Below, piece after piece: positions 18,396 through 27,445 of a stretch of 37,149 nt of DNA. Made by a program: the position numbers and the translations under genes. Position 1 is the stretch's first letter. The number at the start of each line of letters is the position of its first letter. A model generated the notes under the pieces. That model saw nothing but the letters and a program-made list of their open reading frames with translations, was not told the origin of the DNA and searched no databases. Origin of the DNA: a virus; the IMG/VR virus record IMGVR_UViG_3300009702_000008, positions 1 through 37,149 of that record. The stretch is one strand, 5' to 3'.

Positions 18396-19006
18396 GGGTC
18401 TCGGTAAAAGTTCTGGTAATTAAATAACAGACAATCGGCCACAGCCGGAATCTCAATATATGACCCCGACACCGCAGCATCTTCACGCTGCAAAAACAGC
18501 GTCCCGACAATCGACAAAATCGCTTGCTTAATCGGATTCGGCACGTTGCCGGCGGACGTATATCCTGCGATGTAGGTTATTTCCACAGCATCCAACCGAG
18601 CCGTTATTGACGGCCACGATGCGCCATCAGCGAGCTGTATGATCCCGTGCTCAACGCCACCAAAGTTTTCAACCCAATTCGTCGAGGACCAGGTTTGCAG
18701 TACGTTGTCAGTGTCATAATATTTGACACTTGTAATCGATTGGATCGGCGAACCGAATAGTTTGATCGTATTCGCGTCGTTTCCATCAAATCGCGACAGA
18801 CGCATAATCTTGGTCGTTGTCATTAACGTGGAATCTATCCTCGCTTCGACGGACTGCCGCGCAGCTTTAATCAGGTCGATGATGTAGGAATCACTCGCCA
18901 CGTCATCAACTCGCAAATGAGATTTAGCTTGTGCTAATGTTACCGGCTCGCTTGTCGGTTCCACGCTAGTCTCAACGCGCCATGTACGTTCAAGTGCCAC
19001 AGACAT
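18386..19006 (-). CDS. gp6-like head-tail connector
   Basis: 206 aa. N-terminal VTLAQAKSHLRVDDVASDSYIIDLIKAARQSVE matches the connector family signature. Confidence 0.65.
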   Translation of the reverse strand: MSVALERTWRVETSVEPTSEPVTLAQAKSHLRVDDVASDSYIIDLIKAARQSVEARIDSTLMTTTKIMRLSRFDGNDANTIKLFGSPIQSITSVKYYDTDNVLQTWSSTNWVENFGGVEHGIIQLADGASWPSITARLDAVEITYIAGYTSAGNVPNPIKQAILSIVGTLFLQREDAAVSGSYIEIPAVADCLLFNYQNFYRDPWQ

Positions 19007-19178
19007 GCAACGTGTCCCTTCCCAATATCGTCGATTCAGGCGGCACCAAAACCGATCGTTCTATAGGTCGCCGAACTGGGACGGCTATCCCATTACGAAT
19101 CAATTCGATTGCTTCCGCGTCGGGAATCTCGCAACAAACATCGATCAAAATCCCATCGCGGACAATTTTGACCTTCAT
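18990..19178 (-). CDS. Small hypothetical protein (62 aa)
   Basis: Its N-terminus is similar to that of the preceding 74-aa ORF. Coupled start. Confidence 0.45.
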   Translation of the reverse strand: MKVKIVRDGILIDVCCEIPDAEAIELIRNGIAVPVRRPIERSVLVPPESTILGRDTLHVCGT

Positions 19179-19402
19179 TACGGGAATGTCCTTGTTTTCG
19201 GCGGCCTCCCGCGTCGCTTCGGCTTCGCAACTTCATCTTTTCCCGAATTGTCGAGTTTCTCGCCAATCAGCTTGCAATAACCCAAAGCAATTAATTGTTT
19301 GCCTTCCTCGTCCGAAATCTCGATTTCATTCCCGTTGTAGACCTTGGTGAATCCATCGGCCAAGAGAATCTTTCCGCGCGGACTGTCAACAATCAGTTTC
19401 AT
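19178..19402 (-). CDS. Small hypothetical protein (74 aa) with basic AT-hook-like tail
   Basis: ATG 19402 follows AGGTGA. C-terminal KPKRRGRPPKTR. Confidence 0.5.
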   Translation of the reverse strand: MKLIVDSPRGKILLADGFTKVYNGNEIEISDEEGKQLIALGYCKLIGEKLDNSGKDEVAKPKRRGRPPKTRTFP

Positions 19403-19413
19403 AAATCACCTAT

Positions 19414-19447
19414 CAAAAAGGGCAGATCGCCCGAAGGCGACCCACCC
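19414..19447 (-). terminator. Intrinsic terminator after the capsid gene
   Basis: Minus strand GGGTGGGTCGCC-TTCG-GGCGATCTGCCC (12-bp stem with 3 G-U pairs and a UUCG loop), followed by TTTTTGA. Lies 13 nt after the capsid stop codon. Confidence 0.65.
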
Positions 19448-19459
19448 AAAACCCAAATA

Positions 19460-20836
19460 CTACGTAGCAGCACCGATGAACTTTTTGACAGCGCCGGTAA
19501 CAGGCATATCGCCGTCGTGACGGCTCATCGCCAAAAATGCTACCAAACCATTCGCCGCATAGAGCTCGTTGAGACGTTGGAACATGAACGGACCAGCATC
19601 ACGAATCCAGTAGTAACTAAAGTTACCAAACGCGACGGACGCAGCGCTTACCGCTACAGCGGCCATGTCGTTGTTCACCACAATCGGCCAACCGAGCAAC
19701 GTATCAGGCGTCCCTGGTACCAACGAAGGCAACCAAATCGGACGCGAATTGCTATCCTTGAGCTGTTTCACGTCAGCGACGGTCGCATCCCTCATCATAA
19801 AGACAGTGGACGGACCGTTTCGATACGCCGCATCGACGCTATGTTCCAGATCGACCAAATTGTCGAACGTAAACGTACCGCCTACTCCAGTTCCACCGGT
19901 GACACCCGTGCTAGTCGCCGTGATGACGCCCTTCGGCTTCGACGTGCCATCGCCGGTCGTAAAGTGCGTGTTCGTGATCCGACCAATTCGCGTGCCGAGC
20001 GCTTCGCCGAGCACGGATTCGAGGTTAATGCTTTCATCCTGAAGCATTTCAATCGAAACCTGCACGATACCAGAGCCATATTTGAAGCCCTGGAGCACTG
20101 TGTTGGCGATCGTCGGATCGACGTCCAACGTGTGAGCACCGGCCTCAGCTACGAGCTCGCCGGTGTTCGCGGTGTCATCCCACGATGGGACGGGCATATC
20201 CGCACCGTCGGTAGTTCGGACTACCCTTGAAACTCGACGCATACCACCGAAGGCGAGCAACGCGATTTCAAGCGAAGCCATGAGTTCGTCGGCGACACCT
20301 CCACCAGTTGCCAAAATGTCACGCTTTTCAATATAAGCGTCTTTGACGGCCTTGGTTAGTTCGCGCGTATTAAGACGCTGTTCGACAGTCGGCAATTCGG
20401 AGCCAGACAACCCGCGAACCGAAAGCGTGCTCGAACGAATCTGGACACCCAACCGCTCAGCAGCCTGTACAAACTCATCACGCTGGAAACTCGTACCTTC
20501 GAGAATCCAGCCGCGGACGGCCCGATCGTGTAACACCCGCGCTTCGCCTCGGCTCATTCGAGATTCACGACCGTTCGGACCCTCTCGATTACCTTCCAAA
20601 TCGGGGACGATAATGTCATCGTCATATGTCGACTCGAGGTGCGCGTTCATGCGTTCGGCTTCATGCAAACGGTCAGCACGTTTCTTGAGTTCGTCCATGT
20701 CTGCGTTCATTTTTTCCCACTGTTCCTGCTCCTCAGGGGAAAAGTCACGCGATTCGGACTCAGTGGCATCTAAGAGCTTTTTAGCTTGCTCCCAAATAGC
20801 CGCCCGCTCCTGCAAAAGTTCCGCAGAAGTTTTCAT
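19460..20836 (-). CDS. HK97-fold major capsid protein with N-terminal coiled-coil delta domain
   Basis: ORF trimmed to ATG 20836 (AAAGGA 8 nt upstream). Delta-like LLQERAAIWEQAKKLLD...ELKKRADRLHEAE, followed by a capsid-like body. Confidence 0.85.
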   Translation of the reverse strand: MKTSAELLQERAAIWEQAKKLLDATESESRDFSPEEQEQWEKMNADMDELKKRADRLHEAERMNAHLESTYDDDIIVPDLEGNREGPNGRESRMSRGEARVLHDRAVRGWILEGTSFQRDEFVQAAERLGVQIRSSTLSVRGLSGSELPTVEQRLNTRELTKAVKDAYIEKRDILATGGGVADELMASLEIALLAFGGMRRVSRVVRTTDGADMPVPSWDDTANTGELVAEAGAHTLDVDPTIANTVLQGFKYGSGIVQVSIEMLQDESINLESVLGEALGTRIGRITNTHFTTGDGTSKPKGVITATSTGVTGGTGVGGTFTFDNLVDLEHSVDAAYRNGPSTVFMMRDATVADVKQLKDSNSRPIWLPSLVPGTPDTLLGWPIVVNNDMAAVAVSAASVAFGNFSYYWIRDAGPFMFQRLNELYAANGLVAFLAMSRHDGDMPVTGAVKKFIGAAT

Positions 20837-21034
20837 GTTAATCATCCTTTGATTATTGAGACTGGCGCAAGAACATGGCACCGACGCCACGGTCTGGCCA
20901 GACTAATGTCCAGCAATTCCGCAACACAGGTGCCGAGCTGCTACGCTCACACGAAGTGTCACACCACGATACGGAACGACCGACGCGCTAACGCCATCGA
21001 ACCGCACCATAGAGCTTTTGAATTGTCTACAGCA

Positions 21035-21640
21035 TTATAGCACGCAAATCTGCTTGCGTCTAAGCTGATTTTTTCTGGCAGCGAGCTTTTTCGCAAGTTC
21101 CTCGGATAGATGCTTACAGTCGTCAAGGAACTCTTCCAAATCCGCCGACCTCGTCTGTACGATCGTTTCTGGATACGCGGGATACGTCACCGCCGAAACA
21201 TCGAATAAATCCACGTCAGTAAGCGTACGAATCGGTGGGGAATCTCCACCGCCGCGATCCCAAGCATCACCTACCGCGCGGAATGCAAACGACATCTGTG
21301 AAACGTCACCGCGTTCGATGGAAGTCACAATGTCACGGCCAACTTGCGTATCCGGCGGCTTAATCCGCACAGCTAATCCCTTGCGATCCTCGGCCAAATC
21401 GAGCGTCCCCGACTTCGTCCGGCCCAAAACCAAACTCGGATCATGGTTCACAAGTGCCCTTACATCAGGTTTCTCTTGCAATGTTCTGCCGAACGCCCCG
21501 CGCTGTATTTTTTCTCGAAATCCGCCCAAATCGACCGACAAGCTATCAAATACCGCAGCATAGCCGGTCAAAATCGGCCCTTCATCTGTCTGTTCAACCC
21601 GCAATTCCGCCGACGGGAACATAGTTAGACTACGCTTCAT
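21035..21640 (-). CDS. HK97-family prohead protease (S78-like)
   Basis: ...LTGYAAVFDSLSVDLGGFREKIQRGAF...VRALVNHDPSLVLGRT...GLAVRI... matches the prohead protease pattern. Confidence 0.8.
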   Translation of the reverse strand: MKRSLTMFPSAELRVEQTDEGPILTGYAAVFDSLSVDLGGFREKIQRGAFGRTLQEKPDVRALVNHDPSLVLGRTKSGTLDLAEDRKGLAVRIKPPDTQVGRDIVTSIERGDVSQMSFAFRAVGDAWDRGGGDSPPIRTLTDVDLFDVSAVTYPAYPETIVQTRSADLEEFLDDCKHLSEELAKKLAARKNQLRRKQICVL

Positions 21641-23234
21641 CGCAATTACCTCTCAACCAATCCAAAGTCATGCTCGAAAATAATTCACACCGATCCAAAA
21701 TCGCCTCATCGTCGTCGCGTTCGGAGTCACCAATTCCGTCAGAAATATACCTTTCAGCTAACAAATCCGCCAACGATTCGACGTCACCTAGCTTAAACAG
21801 CCGCTTTCCAGCCTCCAGGATCGGGAATAGAGCCAAAAACACACACCTCTTGTGATCGTCCCAAAAATTACGGGACCATTCGGAAAAGGATAGCCCGTCC
21901 CGCTCGCATTTTGCAAGTCCAGCCTTCAACGTGCGCGATTCTTTCCCAGCCAGGCGTTCAAGCGCATCTCTGAAGAGCGGTTTCAGACTTTCGACCCATT
22001 CATCGGGCGTCAATTTGGATTGAATCGGCTCCGACCTGGCGGAAGAGTTATTTCCATCACCTGCGCCGATCTGACTAATGTCCGTCAGGTTCAATTGCAC
22101 TGTATAGCTGTCACCGCCTTCGATCGGATTGCGATTTTCCAGCGTCCTGACTTCGTTGCGACTCAACCAGCCATTTTGCAACGCCATCGAATATGCCTTA
22201 AATCGCGTCTCCGTGTCACCGCGGAGGTGCGAATCCACCAAAAACTCGGCGAATAATTCGGAATTGTCGAAAAACTTGAACGTGACTTCTTGCTCAATCC
22301 GGCGAATCCAAGCACCGAGCGTATGAGTCACGAAGTCGATAGCTTCCTGCTCGACATTAGCCCGCGGTTGTGAATCGTGGATTCCGATCATGTGTCCGGG
22401 AACGCGGAAAACCCGTGCCACATCCGTCGCCTGAAACTCTCGCGTCTGCAAAAACTGTGAATCTTCCGGCGGAATCCCAATCTGCTCGGACTTTATGCCG
22501 CCCTCAAGGACGGCGATCTTCTTTTCATCCGCTTGCCAAGATTCCTTGAGCTTTTTCCGACCTTCCGCACCCAATTGACCAGGATGAGACAAAAATCCAT
22601 ATGGCTTTGCCCCACCTGACCAATATTTTCCAGCAAACTCCTCGGTCGCCATCGCGGAACCGATTGACTGACGGGCAGTCCGAATGACGCTCTTACCGCT
22701 GATACCGTCAAAGGCCAAACCAGCGACGTGCAAAATGTCTTTCGCCAGAAAAGACCGGACGCCCGTTTCACGCTGAAATACGTTGTAAAACAACTCCCGA
22801 TTCTCGTCGAACTTCGGCGTGACGTCGGACGGATGCAACGGAATGATTGCGACAGGGACGCCGCTCATATTTTTCCGAATGTGCGAATACGAATTGCCCC
22901 ACAACAAAACGTGTGCCATCGCAGTCTCGAAAAACTGGAAACTCGACATCCAAGGATTAGGCCGAAATCTCAATAACTCGGCTATTTTTGACTTAACCCG
23001 ATCCTTGCCGCCATTTTCCAAACGCCGATATACAATCAATGGCAACGATGCGATTGCCTCACTAATGACGCGGACAGAAGCATAAACCGCTCCGACCGTC
23101 AGAGCGTTATCGACAGTGACCGACTTGCCGGCATATGACGAAACGCCCCCAGACCAATCGTCGCCAAACCATGTCAGCGGATTTTCACTGATCGCACGCG
23201 ACGCATGACGCGAGAATAACTTATCGAGTATCAT
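21630..23234 (-). CDS. Portal protein, HK97 family
   Basis: ORF 21630..23279 trimmed to ATG 23234. 534 aa, located between TerL and the protease. Confidence 0.85.
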   Translation of the reverse strand: MILDKLFSRHASRAISENPLTWFGDDWSGGVSSYAGKSVTVDNALTVGAVYASVRVISEAIASLPLIVYRRLENGGKDRVKSKIAELLRFRPNPWMSSFQFFETAMAHVLLWGNSYSHIRKNMSGVPVAIIPLHPSDVTPKFDENRELFYNVFQRETGVRSFLAKDILHVAGLAFDGISGKSVIRTARQSIGSAMATEEFAGKYWSGGAKPYGFLSHPGQLGAEGRKKLKESWQADEKKIAVLEGGIKSEQIGIPPEDSQFLQTREFQATDVARVFRVPGHMIGIHDSQPRANVEQEAIDFVTHTLGAWIRRIEQEVTFKFFDNSELFAEFLVDSHLRGDTETRFKAYSMALQNGWLSRNEVRTLENRNPIEGGDSYTVQLNLTDISQIGAGDGNNSSARSEPIQSKLTPDEWVESLKPLFRDALERLAGKESRTLKAGLAKCERDGLSFSEWSRNFWDDHKRCVFLALFPILEAGKRLFKLGDVESLADLLAERYISDGIGDSERDDDEAILDRCELFSSMTLDWLRGNCDEA

Positions 23235-23382
23235 CGCCTGACCCCGATCCTTTGACCGCCGCCGACAATATCGCCACAATCATTATGATTGCCCCGAACC
23301 AGATATACGTCAAAGGCGGCCAAATTAAAAACAATCCATAACCCACCAATCCACTGCCGATGATCGCAAAAACATCTCGCAT
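23221..23382 (-). CDS. 53-aa two-TM membrane peptide between TerL and portal
   Basis: Not in the ORF track (under 60 aa). MRDVFAIIGSGLVGYGLFLIWPPLTYIWFGAIIMIVAILSAAVKGSGSGDDTR. Its ATG overlaps the TerL TAA (TAATG). Confidence 0.5.
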   Translation of the reverse strand: MRDVFAIIGSGLVGYGLFLIWPPLTYIWFGAIIMIVAILSAAVKGSGSGDDTR

Positions 23383-25163
23383 TACCAGTCCAACGTCAAA
23401 ACATCATCAGTGTCATAAACATTCCCAGTGTCGGCGTCAAGCAGATATAAGCACAGGGCGTCTAAAATAGCAACCACACCGTCAATCCGCTTGCTCCGCC
23501 CCGCCTTGTTCAGTTTAATCTGTTCATTCGGCCCCTCATACGCCGCCACATTCCCAATCTGCCACCGCAAACATGGATCGCCACCATGTTGAATCCGACG
23601 ACTCAAAATCAGCTTTTGCAGTAACTTCGCAGCACCCGTCAAGTGTGCCATCGTCTGTGGCACGATCACCAGATTCATGCCATATACGTCACGGAGCTTG
23701 ATCGCCAACTGCTCAGCGTGCCACTTATCATAACCGATCACTTTGATAGATAGCGACTTCGTCAGCTCCACAATATCGGCTTCAATGACGTTCTGATCGG
23801 TGACGTTGCCTTTCGTGATCCGCACAATACCAGTCTTGGCCCACCGACGATATGGCACTTTATCCTGATTTTCCCTAGCCTCGGCGTCTTCTGACGGAAT
23901 CCAATTAATGCACTTGACAGCAAAAACCCCATCCGGCTCCGACGGCGGAAAGACCAACGCCAACGCGGTCAAATCGTTCGTCTGCCCATAATCAAATCCA
24001 GCGTAGCACGGCCTGCCCTCGAAATCGGACAATTCCACGGGCGTTTGATCGCAGGCGTCCCAGTCGTCATATTTCATCCACAAAACCGATTGCTGGGTCC
24101 ACTGATTTAGCCTCAGATTGCGAAACTTATTCTCTCGAATCGGATCGCGAATCGCCTGCTGCGAGGCCCGCTTCATATCGTCTTGCGAAAAGCTGATTCC
24201 ATAATTCGGATTCGCCTTCCGCCAGGTCGCTTCGTCCGTCCAGTCATCCTCCGGCTTCGCCTCAAAAATGACTGGCAATAAACGGGCGTCCCGAAAACCG
24301 TCAATCCCATCCCGTACATTCGATGCGTAGGAATACTCGCGGAAACACAATGACTCCTTGTCATAGCCCGCGGTCGTCAATTCGCCGATAAACGGCTGCT
24401 CACGCGCTGTCGTCTTTTCTTCAAGGGTCAAAATCGCGTCCTCTTTCGCAATGCTAATCGTGTGCAGCTCATCGACCCAGCCGGTATGCACATTCGTCCC
24501 GTGGACGCCTTCCCCTTCGACGGCAATGGTCCGGAAAAATGCGTTTGGATCCTCTGGCTTGTCAATCGAATATTTGTGAGGCGCACATTGCGAAGATAGC
24601 CATTCATCATTCATGATGATGCCCCGCGCCATCGTGAAAACTAGATTCGCCTGTTTAATCGTGAACGCCAGACAGTAAGTTTCAGATCCGACCTCACCGT
24701 CCAAAACGAAAAACATCACGGCCAAGCCCGCGCAAAGAATAGACTTCCCATTCTTTTGAGGCACGAAAAAGAACATTTTACGATACCGCCGAAATCCGGT
24801 ATCGTCGGCGTGCCACCCCCATATATTGCCGATTATCGCAATCTGCCACGGCTCAAGTCGAAATGCTGTGCCACCGAGGCGACCTTTGACGTGCGTTATA
24901 TGCTTGTGCCACCACTTAATCGCCTCCCGCGCACGATCAGGATCAAAAGTATAACCCTCCGCATCACGCCACGGATCATATCCTGGAATCTTTGTCCGGC
25001 AGTATTCCTCGACAATCTCAACCGACGGAGTGCGCGGAATCTTTCGAGCAAAAGCAGGATTCGGCTTCTTGGTGCTCTCTTTTAACTGGTAATAATAGTC
25101 AGAACCGCGCTTTTTGAGCTGCTCAAGAGTCAGACCCTGACCAATTTTTCGACTTCCGGCCAT
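23382..25163 (-). CDS. terL: Terminase large subunit
   Basis: 593 aa. ...FRLEPWQIAIIGNIWGW...FFFVPQKNGKSILCAGLAV... (Terminase_1-type ATPase) with a nuclease-like C-terminal half. Confidence 0.9.
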   Translation of the reverse strand: MAGSRKIGQGLTLEQLKKRGSDYYYQLKESTKKPNPAFARKIPRTPSVEIVEEYCRTKIPGYDPWRDAEGYTFDPDRAREAIKWWHKHITHVKGRLGGTAFRLEPWQIAIIGNIWGWHADDTGFRRYRKMFFFVPQKNGKSILCAGLAVMFFVLDGEVGSETYCLAFTIKQANLVFTMARGIIMNDEWLSSQCAPHKYSIDKPEDPNAFFRTIAVEGEGVHGTNVHTGWVDELHTISIAKEDAILTLEEKTTAREQPFIGELTTAGYDKESLCFREYSYASNVRDGIDGFRDARLLPVIFEAKPEDDWTDEATWRKANPNYGISFSQDDMKRASQQAIRDPIRENKFRNLRLNQWTQQSVLWMKYDDWDACDQTPVELSDFEGRPCYAGFDYGQTNDLTALALVFPPSEPDGVFAVKCINWIPSEDAEARENQDKVPYRRWAKTGIVRITKGNVTDQNVIEADIVELTKSLSIKVIGYDKWHAEQLAIKLRDVYGMNLVIVPQTMAHLTGAAKLLQKLILSRRIQHGGDPCLRWQIGNVAAYEGPNEQIKLNKAGRSKRIDGVVAILDALCLYLLDADTGNVYDTDDVLTLDW

Positions 25164-25233
25164 AATACTCGGCTTTTTTTTTGGGTGTGGGCAGCATGGT
25201 TGACGGGTATACGCCTACGCTTTCACACCCACC

Positions 25234-25593
25234 CTACCGTATAGCATCACGCTCTTTCCTTCTCTTGTTCGTTTCCGTCATCGTATGCGTGCTATGGCAC
25301 GATTTGCATAAACTTTCCAAGTTGCCTAGACGGTTGTTGTTGTAGTTGCCATCTCTGTGGTGTACTTCAGTTGCAGTCGTGTTGCATCGTTCGCACAATG
25401 GATGATTGTTGAGCTGCATCATTCTCAATCTTCGCCAACGAATCGAATAATAGAATGGATTCGTGGAATACTTCGTTGTGCGAGCTTTGTTAGCGAGCCG
25501 TTTGCTTTGTGCTTTGCACTTGTCACACGTCCTACCCGATTGGATGATTGTACCGCAATTGTTTGCGCACAATCTTTTAGACTTATAGGGCAT
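25234..25593 (-). CDS. HNH endonuclease
   Basis: 119 aa. CxxC pairs and EVHHRDGNYNNNRLGNLESLCKSCH. Sits directly upstream of terL, as in cos-type HK97-like phages. Confidence 0.85.
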   Translation of the reverse strand: MPYKSKRLCANNCGTIIQSGRTCDKCKAQSKRLANKARTTKYSTNPFYYSIRWRRLRMMQLNNHPLCERCNTTATEVHHRDGNYNNNRLGNLESLCKSCHSTHTMTETNKRRKERDAIR

Positions 25594-25640
25594 AGATCAC
25601 CGACCGGCCTTCCCAAGGGTACTTTTGGATTTGGAATCCG

Positions 25641-25853
25641 TCAATTGTTCGCAACGACGATCCCTGTTCCGTTACACATTCTGCACTTAAACGGCTTCGT
25701 CAGTTGTTTACTGGTTTTCGCATTGACGATCATTAGCTGGCCGTATGATCGTTGAGTCTTATGGTTATAGCAGGTCGGGCACCAGATCGGCCACGGCTCA
25801 TAGATCAATCCCGTTTGTGATTTAGGTTTGTCTTGCGCCATCTGATTGCCCAT
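25641..25853 (-). CDS. Small zinc-ribbon protein
   Basis: Distal part of ORF 25641..26027, with CPTC...CRMC. The start may be ATG 25853 or 25841. Confidence 0.45.
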   Translation of the reverse strand: MGNQMAQDKPKSQTGLIYEPWPIWCPTCYNHKTQRSYGQLMIVNAKTSKQLTKPFKCRMCNGTGIVVANN

Positions 25854-26023
25854 CCTTGTGCCTTCGCGAAGATTCCCGCCGCTTGCTTTGCTTCCGCCAC
25901 GCTTCGCCAACTGCCCTCGATTGATTCTATGCGGTGACCAACGACGATGCCTACCCAGACCCAGAGATTTGTGCCATATCTGACGACTTCGACTTCCATG
26001 ATGGTTGTGTTGATTTTTGCCAT
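25805..26023 (-). CDS. Hypothetical protein (72 aa)
   Basis: Balanced composition. Preferred over the Arg/Ser/His-rich overlapping frame. Confidence 0.5.
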   Translation of the reverse strand: MAKINTTIMEVEVVRYGTNLWVWVGIVVGHRIESIEGSWRSVAEAKQAAGIFAKAQGWAIRWRKTNLNHKRD

Positions 26024-26368
26024 TCAATGCTTCGTGTAGGCTCCTTTACGCTGTGAATAGATGCGGTGTCCGATGATCCCGATTGTTGAGGCCATAATGG
26101 CCCATAATTCCGAATCGTCCCACCAAGGCGTTTTGGGGCGTTCTGGCGCGTTTTCGTTGTTCGTGATGCCATTGGGCGTTTCAGATGTCGATCGTTCAAC
26201 AGAGGCCGTTTCTGGGCGTTCTGGGAATAATTCTACCGCTCCCCGCTCCACGGTAACGCAACTTACCAGCCATAACAGGCATACAAGGGCGATGGCCAGC
26301 AATATCACAGCTTCCCAGATTGACGGATAGAATCCGCCGTTCCGGTTTGGGGGTTTAGGTAAGGTCAT
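26024..26368 (-). CDS. Two-TM membrane protein (114 aa)
   Basis: AGGAGG RBS. Hydrophobic segments IWEAVILLAIALVCLLWLVSCV and LWAIMASTIGIIG. Confidence 0.6.
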   Translation of the reverse strand: MTLPKPPNRNGGFYPSIWEAVILLAIALVCLLWLVSCVTVERGAVELFPERPETASVERSTSETPNGITNNENAPERPKTPWWDDSELWAIMASTIGIIGHRIYSQRKGAYTKH

Positions 26369-26403
26369 GCCGATCGCCTCCTGAATCTATTTGACAGCCA
26401 TTT

Positions 26404-27303
26404 TCAATCAAACAACCCGCCTGATTCGGACGTGTACCAGATCACCTCGGTCCGCGGGACTTTGGCCATTGCCGATCCCGTCCCTTGCAGTCCTGATTCT
26501 CTGCCACATACCGCCGCATGACATGCCGTTTTGATTTCTCGCCGTTCATATCGTTGATCGAGACGATTGTAAAGCTCATTCGAGTATCCGCTTATCATCG
26601 CCTTGCCTTTAATCGTCAACAACAAGTCAACAAGCTCTTCGTGATGGTCGTCGTCGCATTCATGGACGTATTCGCCCGATTTTCTAGTCGATGCGACATA
26701 GGGAGGATCGAGGTAGAACACCGTGTCCGGCGAATCCCAATACCTGATAACTTCGAGGGCGTCTCGATTATCGACCTGAACGCGCTTGAATCGCTCGATG
26801 ATCGATGGGAGCAATGAGACGCGGCGGATCCATCTTGCAACGTTCCTTGCCATTCCACGGGATTCAACGAAAGCGCGACTCCAATCGCCTGGTGTTTTAC
26901 AAACATCCATCGAAACGCCCTGATTCTGCACGACGAAAAACGCCCACGCCCGATTCACGTCATCGCCGATCTTCCCATGCATGATATCAAGAGCTTTGGC
27001 AAACTCAGCGCGAGAATAAAGCGTTAGCTCCAACCGGCTGATCAGTGCCTCGGATTTCTCAGCGTTTTGCAATACTCGGCACAAGTTGATCAGCCGATCA
27101 TCGAGGTCGTTATACACTTCAACCGGTCGCGGTTTGATCCAAAACAACATGGACGCCGCACCGCCGTAGGGTTCGCAATAGACGCGACCGTGCGGAAGAT
27201 ATTTGGCGATCGTCCTGCACAGATTGCCTTTGCCGCCGAACCATTGAACTAATCCAGGCAACTTGTTTTTGACATGGCCGTTTGTTTTTTCTTTCGTGTG
27301 CAT
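26404..27303 (-). CDS. DNA adenine methyltransferase, Dam/D12 class
   Basis: ORF 26404..27600 trimmed to ATG 27303. Motifs LVQWFGGKG, EPYGGAAS and DPPY. Confidence 0.85.
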   Translation of the reverse strand: MHTKEKTNGHVKNKLPGLVQWFGGKGNLCRTIAKYLPHGRVYCEPYGGAASMLFWIKPRPVEVYNDLDDRLINLCRVLQNAEKSEALISRLELTLYSRAEFAKALDIMHGKIGDDVNRAWAFFVVQNQGVSMDVCKTPGDWSRAFVESRGMARNVARWIRRVSLLPSIIERFKRVQVDNRDALEVIRYWDSPDTVFYLDPPYVASTRKSGEYVHECDDDHHEELVDLLLTIKGKAMISGYSNELYNRLDQRYERREIKTACHAAVCGRESGLQGTGSAMAKVPRTEVIWYTSESGGLFD

Positions 27304-27344
27304 TTCAGTTTGAACACTTCGGCAATTCCGAATAGTTGCTTCAT

Positions 27345-27414
27345 TGCTCGCCGACGGAATCGAACCGCCGTTCGGGCGCGGAGATGAGGCACGCCTTACT
27401 AATCCATTGCGAGC
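27345..27414 (-). other. tRNA-like element, non-canonical (no D-arm)
   Basis: GCTCGC-AATGGATTAGTAA-GGCGTG-CCTCATCTC-CGCGCC-CGAAC-GGCGG-TTCGATT-CCGTC-G-GCGAGC-A. Perfect T-arm, 6-bp acceptor-like helix, 6-bp stem with a 9-nt loop. Confidence 0.35.
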
Positions 27415-27445
27415 TACTAACGCCGCCCAAAGACGGCATCGCGAT

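Noticed and set aside
25183-25230. Hairpin between HNH and terL as an intrinsic terminator
   Set aside because: On the sense (minus) strand the stem is followed by A9, not by a U-run. On the plus strand the T-run precedes the stem.
26464-26497. Short pentamer-like run (ttgcc gatcc cgtcc cttgcagtcc) inside the Dam gene as a third array
   Set aside because: Only about four registers long, and it lies within a conserved coding region (...LQGTGSAMAK...). Most likely coincidence.
27345-27414. Calling this a bona fide tRNA gene, or an attP core
   Set aside because: There is no D-arm (13 unpaired nt), the loop is 9 nt, and there is a 7:66 mismatch if a 7-bp acceptor stem is forced. No integrase exists in the genome to use an att site. 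It is kept only as a tRNA-like element.
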